A stretch of 64,000 bases of DNA from NCBI RefSeq assembly GCF_036321535.1, contig NC_087454.1, forward strand, positions 28,768,001 through 28,832,000, in the 5' to 3' direction. The position numbers and the translations under genes are program-made. Source of the DNA: Camelus dromedarius (Eukaryota). Positions 50,166 through 64,000 of the stretch are shown piece by piece. Each line of letters opens with the position of its first letter. Position 1 is the first letter of the stretch. The notes beneath the pieces are model-generated. The model was given only the letters and a program-made list of their open reading frames with translations, did no database searches and was not told the DNA's origin.

Positions 50166-53010
50166 TCACATCTCGGTCTCAGCCAACAGACTGTCCCCTA
50201 GTCCTGATGTCATCAGCACCATCTGAGAGCTGGGATCTGTGGAAGGGCAGAGGGGTGTTCAGACCACCATGCATTCCTCCACTGGGGACCACAAATAGGT
50301 GAGTAGTGACCTAGGTTTCCCACACCCACTCTCCCTGGTCCCAGGCCTCTTCAGACCTGGTTCTGAACAACCCTTGGGGCTCTTACCACTTGGGCACATC
50401 CAGGAACTGCTGCCCCTCTTCTGGGCAGTAGGCTCCCGCCCTCTCTCTCTTTCCTGGGTGTCACCAGCCCCTCCTGCCACCTCCTCCTCCTCCTCCCCCT
50501 CAGAGAGGAGGTCACAGATTTGCTGCTGCAGCTCCGGGCTAATGCTGTTCTCAGCCAACACCAGACTCCGCAAAGCTGTGGGGTAATTTTCTACCATGTC
50601 CAGCAGGGTCTGTGGTGGGGAAGAGTATGGAAAAGGATGAACACAGTTAAGGCAGCTCCTCAGACTCCAACCTGCCACCCCTTCGGTAGGTCCACAGACA
50701 CGCTGGCTAACCTCAAACCCTGGCCCTTCCCCAAACATGAAGACTTCTCACCTGAGCTGACTGGTTGGTGAGCCCTGTGCCCTCCAAGTCTAGGACCTCT
50801 AAGGTGCGGCTGGAGGCCACAGCTACAGCCAGCATCCCTGCCACGTGATCACCTGGGGAGACAGCACACACTCATCTGCAGTCTAGGAAACGCTGGCAAT
50901 TGGTAGGTAGCCAGGTGGGGAGCACTGTGACTGCCAACTGAATGGATGAAGCAAGCCAGGCCCAGGATGCCTTTTTTTTTTTTTTTTGTATCCACTGAAA
51001 GTTTATCCCAACTAGTCATTTAAAAACCAAGTAACACAGACCTGGTGGGTAGGGGTTGGGGACTGCACCTCCCTCCTACTCACCATGGACAGCAGTGGGA
51101 AAGAGGAAGGGAACAGGAGAGGTGGCTAAAGTGAGACAGCAGCAGTGGTAATGGGGCCAGCTATGTCACAGAGCAAGCTCCCTCCTCTCCCAGGCCCTGG
51201 CTGGAGCCCCTATGGCTTGGGGTTGGGGGTGGGTGGAACCCTCCAGGCCCTCCCCTATCCCTCTTCAGGGGCTCAACCTGTTTCTTCCCATAGGAGACTG
51301 AGGCACACAGGGAGGATGAAATGGGAGAGGAGGACGCAGGGCAGGATGCTTTGATCTACCTGTTGGTAATCTGGTCCTCCACACAGGTGGCTCCTCTACT
51401 TCTTCCCAGGACCTCCCTTTCTCTTTCCTCCTTCAGTGTGGGGGTTACCATAGCAACTGATGGTCCCAGGTTCTTGGATGGGGATGAAGGGAGGTGAGAA
51501 TGAAAAGGGGCTTTCTTGAGCCTCACCCAGGGGGTTGTAGTCCAGATTGAGGACGCGGACCTGGGAGCTGTGGGCCACGGCAATGGCGAGGCGGCTCCAG
51601 CCCTTAGGAGTGATGCCAGGGTTGGCACTCAGGGTCAGCTCCTTCAGGCCTGGGCAGCATCATAGCAAGAAGCCAGGATGGAGAAGGTCAGGCCTTTCTC
51701 AAGCCCCTCCCCCACCCAGAGATCTCTGGGGTGTCCCTAGTGACTGGGAGCCACCCCACCCCCACCATGGAGCTCCAGGGCCATTAGAGACCCATGCCTT
51801 TCCTGCCTGCTGAAGCCTGGATTCCTGAGCCTCCATCCTGCTCAGCCCCCAATCCTTCTCCCTCCTGAGGGGATTTGAAGAACATTCTCACCTATGAGGT
51901 TAGAGCCCTCAGTTCCAGGCCAGGCCCACTGCCCTCTGCACTTAGCTTTTCATCAAGGCCACAGCAGCGCATACCCTCAGCAGGGCCCTGCTCACCAGAC
52001 TTGGCCCCATCTGGGGGAAGGAGGCCACAGATGAGGTTGATTGCTTCATCACCCAGCATGCAGTCCCCCAGGTCCAGAGCCACGAGGGCAGGGTGGAGGG
52101 CCAGGGCTGGATTCAGCAAGGCCAGGCCTGCATCTGTCAGGGGGCTCCCGTGCAGGCTGCAGGGTGGGACCAGAGAGCAGAGGTTACTGCAGTCATCAGC
52201 CCTATCTGTAGGGGGAATGGGCGCCCTCCCTTACATGAGCCCTAGAGGTGTGGAGGACATTCAGTCACAGCACTGGGGAGAAGCTTTGGGAAGAAAGAAA
52301 ATTCTAGATTTTAAAGAATGCAGGTTGAATGGAAATTTGGTTTCTTTCCTGGGCAGGGACTGGGATCCAGATCAGAACACAGAGAAGGGGTCTGTGGGTG
52401 CCGTGTTGAAGATTCTTCACTGGACAGAATGCAGGATCAGGGACTTAGTCCCAGAGAAGTCAGTGCGGGTGATTAGGTTGGGAGGTACAGGGCCCTGCCA
52501 GGAAGGGGTGAGTATCCCATCTCATTTGGGGTGGGGCTGGAGTTCCGAATCTGGAAATGAGGCATGAGCTTGGAGGTTGTAGAGGCAGGGGCAGAGGAAT
52601 GAGGTGTGCTAATAAGGGGTGAGAAGGTACGTTGGTGCAAAGACAGGTACAAGAGGGTGTGGGGAGGAACAGGAGGTGGCAGGGGGAGTGCAAGGAGGGG
52701 TGCAGTGCCCGGGACCCCTTGCGAGGGAGCTCACTCACAAGAGGGACTGGATGGAGCGGTTGGTCCGCAGCGCCTCCGCCAGCTGCTTGATGCGGCTGGG
52801 ACTGGACACGACGCCCAGGTTAAGGTTGAGCTGTGCCAGGGACGTGGCGCCGGCCAGAGCCCGGCAGATGCGGCCGAAGTCGCGGNNNNNNNNNNNNNNN
52901 NNNNNNNNNNNNNNNNNNNNNNNNNNNNNNNNNNNNNNNNNNNNNNNNNNNNNNNNNNNNNNNNNNNNNNNNNNNNNNNNNNNNNNNNNNNNNNNNNNNN
53001 NNNNNNNNNN
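50166..53010 (-). CDS. LRRC73: Leucine-rich repeat-containing protein 73, ~316 aa; start codon inferred inside an N-gap
   Basis: Exons 52739-(~53010, partly N), 51996-52156, 51527-51649, 50752-50852, 50387-50609, 50166-50236. LRR motifs LAQLNLNLG, LVALDLGDC, LKELTLSAN, VRVLNLDYNP and C-terminal DSLLAETEM. The 53010 end is inferred from the recalled human N-terminus length. Confidence 0.93.
50972..51341 (-). pseudogene. Possible retroposed mRNA 3'UTR fragment, parent gene unidentified
   Basis: T16 tract, GATAAA 14 nt upstream on the minus strand, UTR-like body, and flanking caggatgc repeats at 50963-50970 and 51342-51349. Confidence 0.4.
51444..51457. promoter_or_regulatory. RFX X-box (GTTACCATAGCAAC), LRRC73 intron 3
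   Basis: 14-bp match to the RFX palindromic consensus GTTNCCATRGNAAC. Confidence 0.6.
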
Positions 53011-53017
53011 NNNNNNN
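52886..53017. other. Assembly gap (132 N) covering the LRRC73 start codon
   Basis: N-run within GC-rich exon 1. Confidence 1.
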
Positions 53018-53595
53018 ACGGCTGGGCCTTCGGGGCCGGGGCCGGGGCCCGGGCCGCGGCCGAGGTTGGCGGGGCCGCGGGCGAGGTCGGGGCCGGGGTC
53101 GGGGCCCGGGCTGGGGTCGCGGACGCAGCGGGGGAAGAGGGGGAGGCAGAGGCGCAGGCGGCGGTGGCGGCGGGGGCGGCGGCGGTAGCGGCGGCGGAGA
53201 GGAGCGCCGGGGCCCGGGCCGGAGCTGGCTGGAATTGCAGAGGCGCCGAGGTCGCCGGCCGGGCGGAGACCGCAAGGCGCTGGGGCTGGGGCGGACCGTG
53301 CAGTCCGTGTCGGGGCAGCGGGCCGGGGCGCGCGATCCGGGGCTGGGAGGGCGCTGCTCCGCGCCGGTCCTCGTTCCTCACGGTTGCGGCGGCGGCTCAG
53401 TGGCCTCGGCTTAGGACGCGTGGGACGGGTCTCCTCTCGGAGGCCGCATCCGCTCCCTCCCTTCCTCCAGCCCGGCTCCCTCAACCGCCCCGCGGGTAGA
53501 GTCCGAGGCGGGTAAGCGGGCGGGAGGCCGGCAGGCGAGCAGCGGGCGACGGGCGGTAGCTCCGGCTCAGGCTGCTGCGACAGAGCGGGCGGCGG

Positions 53596-53609
53596 GTTCC
53601 CATGGCAAC
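53596..53609. promoter_or_regulatory. RFX X-box (GTTCCCATGGCAAC), LRRC73 promoter region
   Basis: 14-bp match to the RFX consensus inside the CpG island, ~590 bp upstream of the inferred ATG. Confidence 0.6.
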
Positions 53610-55429
53610 GGCCGCGTCACCGCCGTTCGCCCCGCCCCCTGCCGGTCCTGGGCCATGCGAGCCCACGAGGTTTGCGCACACCTGGTGTTCAGGAGCGGTG
53701 AGGACGCTCTTCCCCTGGGTATGGGGCCAGACAACAGGTGGAAAGTAGGTAGCCGGATAGAAGCCTGGGGCAGGCAGAGGGTGGGGAGGGGAAAATAGAG
53801 GCAACTCTCGTGGAGATGGCGTTTGAGACTATTACGGAGTTCTTTTGCCCATTTTCTGCTCATTCCCCGTTCCTAAGGGCCAGCGCCTCGGTCCCTTCTC
53901 CCGTATCCCAGGCACGTCCCCCTCGCGTCCGGTTTGTAGGTTCCTAGGGCCCTTTAACCGGCGCCCCGCCCCCGCCTTCCCACCCCCGCGACGAGAGGCG
54001 CTGCGTGCACCGGGATTCCAGCCGCGAGGACTTCCCCGCGTGCCCCTCGCCAAGATGGCGGCCTCGCAGCTGCTGCCGAGGGCCCATGGCCCGGTGGAGG
54101 CGGCCGGAGCTGCCAGGCTCAGCGGAACCCTAAAGGGTCCTTGGGGCAGGTGAGCCGGTAGTAGATGAAAGGTGCTGGCGCCTTTCCTTTTCCAGGCGCT
54201 TAGGGCACTGCTGATGCTCTGATGTTCTCAGCACCATTGAGACTGGGGTAGTCAAAATAAAGCGGGTGCCAGGATGAGCGACCTGGAGTGGTTGTGGGGC
54301 CGTGGAAAGTGGGCTGGAGCTTTCAGCTAGGGCAGACTGGACAATGCAAGCAGTGCCCTTAAAACTGTCCACTGGCAATAGCATAGGGGCCTCACATCAC
54401 AAAGGGTCACATAGGACAAAGGGCACGTCTGTCTTAGTCCCTTTATTAGAAGGGCAAGATGCTGACCTAGATTTACTAGGATAAATGAATGTAGGGAAAA
54501 TGAATAATGTAAATGGAGAGATGGGAGGTTAGTTTCTTTTCCCTGTATTAACCACCTGAATTAACAAGTGGAATAGATTAAATGGGTAGTGGGTGTGGAT
54601 GGTGCTGTTTGGGGTGGTTATTGATTTTAAGAGTAAACAGCACTCTTAAAGAGGGAGAACTGAGGAAACCAAAGAAAGCTTTGTTCCTCTGGCCCCAGTA
54701 TAACCAGGGCAAATGTGAGCTCCCACACCAAAATTATCCCTACACATTGGCCCAGGTACGTAAGGGCCTTGTAATGACATGATATGTCTGGAAGTTTTTG
54801 ACCGATTCTCATTGCTCCACTGGCATCCCGAGTGAGGCTGAGCCCAGACTTAACTTTTGAGTGCACTGTTCCATCACTTATGGTTCTTGTGTTTGAGGCC
54901 TCCCTGCTGCTGTATGGTCTGGTGTCCCCTGTCCCCTGGGCAGGTTCCATATTCAGTCTGCTTTCAATGTAGTCTGTCCCACTTTAATTCTGCTTGGATA
55001 GGGGTATAATGGAGGGAGCATGTGACATAACCACCACTGATAGGACAGGAAAATGTATAGGAAGTAGGGTGGCAGGGAGGACCATTGGAACGGTGGCTGC
55101 AGTTCCAGACGTCAATCAATATTTTAATTACCAAGTCTATATTTAGCAAGACAATGTGGGAGAGATAAAGAGGAATGAAGGGGTAGGTGGTGAGAGAGCC
55201 TCAGAGGAGCTGACCCACTTTATTCACTGGCTGCAGAGCCCTGCAGTCCTGGTCAGGAGTTTCTGGCCTTGTGCCCTTCAGAAGCCCAACAGGCATCAAG
55301 GCTTAAGGAGCTGCAGCTCTGGGGCAGCTGCAGACCTCATCAAAGAGACACATATAATCAGTACTGTCCTTTAATCTTCCTCCGCTTTGCAGCTGGGGGA
55401 AAAGGGTCAGCCAAGGATCTCAGGTGGGG

Positions 55430-63189
<7,760 letters not shown>

Positions 63190-63380
63190 GGCTTGCACTG
63201 GGATTGGATGTTCCTGAGGCGAGCTAAAGATTTTGGGTTCTGCCTTGCCCCTGTAGAGAGCCCAGTGAGACTATGGGTCCTGAGTTTTCTGTGGACAATT
63301 CCAGCTTTATTTTCAGTCAATACATTTTGTTAAATGTGCCACAAAATGTGACTTTTATGCCTTTGTAAGGCCTTAATGTA

Positions 63381-63402
63381 AATAAATGCACATCCAAATA
63401 AA
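63381..63402 (+). terminator. POLR1C poly(A) signals (two AATAAA)
   Basis: AATAAA at 63381-63386 and 63397-63402, ~200 nt after the stop. Confidence 0.65.
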
Positions 63403-63899
63403 AATCTTTTCGTTGGAGACCACTTCTTCAGTTTGTCCAAAAATATGGGGCCTCACCTCAGAACAGATCTAGCATTATTTAGCAGTTAGGAACACTGGGC
63501 TCAGATGTCACTGCAACTCAGAGTCAAGTCCCTTGGAAGCCCCATGAGAAATGCCAAACGGAGGTGGTTTCTGGGGGTACAGCCAGCCTGTGTGCTGCTT
63601 AACCTATTTCCTGGGTACCAGAGGAAGTTCCTGATAGAAAAAGGGTGGTCCATGGCAGTCAAGTCACACTGCTGTCAAGAGCCACACAAGGAAGAACAGC
63701 AGTCCCTCTGGGTCAGGTCCAGTGGCCACCAACGATGACCCGAGAGTGTGGGGCTGCCTGATCTATGTGTCAGCAGTAGACATCTTTTGTAGCTGGCATG
63801 CTTTTTCAGAGGGCTTGACAGAGCTGGTCCATCAGTCAGTTTCTCCTGTCCAGTCCCTGGAGTATGTCACTGGCTTGAAAAAGGCAGATGGGACCCTTT

Positions 63900-64000
63900 C
63901 TGTTACGAAATTGAGACTTTTTTTTTTTTTTTTTACTGACATGCAGATGTGCTTTAGAGTTAACATTTCTACAAAAAAGTTTCTATAAACAATAGAAAAC
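63900..64000 (-). other. Probable terminal 3'UTR of XPO5, convergent with POLR1C
   Basis: Synteny only: XPO5 follows POLR1C tail-to-tail in mammals. AT-rich sequence with a minus-strand AGTAAA running into an A-tract at 63918-63937. No coding sequence is in the window. Confidence 0.3.

Larger units (their letters stand above)
52700..54150. promoter_or_regulatory. LRRC73 CpG island, promoter and GC-rich leader
   Basis: Extreme GC and CpG density with a (GGC)n-like run near 53155-53195. Contains an X-box at 53596-53609 and a YY1-type motif at 54051-54061. Confidence 0.75.

Noticed and set aside
52606-53499. Long ORFs spanning the LRRC73 gap
   Set aside because: Artefacts of N-runs plus extreme GC content. 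Only the minus frame reading RDFGRICRAL is real.

Overview
Mammalian genomic DNA, not microbial. Two tRNA-derived SINEs of the Vic-1 type point to a camelid (camel vs alpaca cannot be decided here). The window is the conserved syntenic block ABCC10(+, 5'-truncated) - DLK2(-) - TJAP1(+) - LRRC73(-) - YIPF3(-) - POLR1C(+), probably followed by the extreme 3' end of XPO5(-). I traced the coding exons by hand from GT/AG junctions and reading phase. DLK2 (383 aa) and POLR1C (346 aa) are complete. TJAP1 is 546/556 aa. LRRC73 (~316 aa) has its start codon in an N-gap, and YIPF3 (~347 aa) has most of one exon in an N-gap. The rest is intron or intergenic DNA with MIR, L2, L1, MaLR, MER20 and ERV relics. 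I found no novel multi-gene system and no CRISPR array. The best leads are regulatory or small-ORF: (1) a 63-aa uORF open across predicted spliced TJAP1 leader exons; (2) two RFX X-boxes at the uncharacterised LRRC73; (3) an ERV1-type solo LTR with a perfect 4-bp TSD beside the YIPF3/POLR1C bidirectional promoter; (4) a possible retroposed 3'UTR fragment in LRRC73 intron 3; (5) a possible divergent spliced exon off the LRRC73 CpG island; (6) overlapping ABCC10/DLK2 3' ends. Gene identities and comparisons to human rest on my recall of the orthologues, not on a search.
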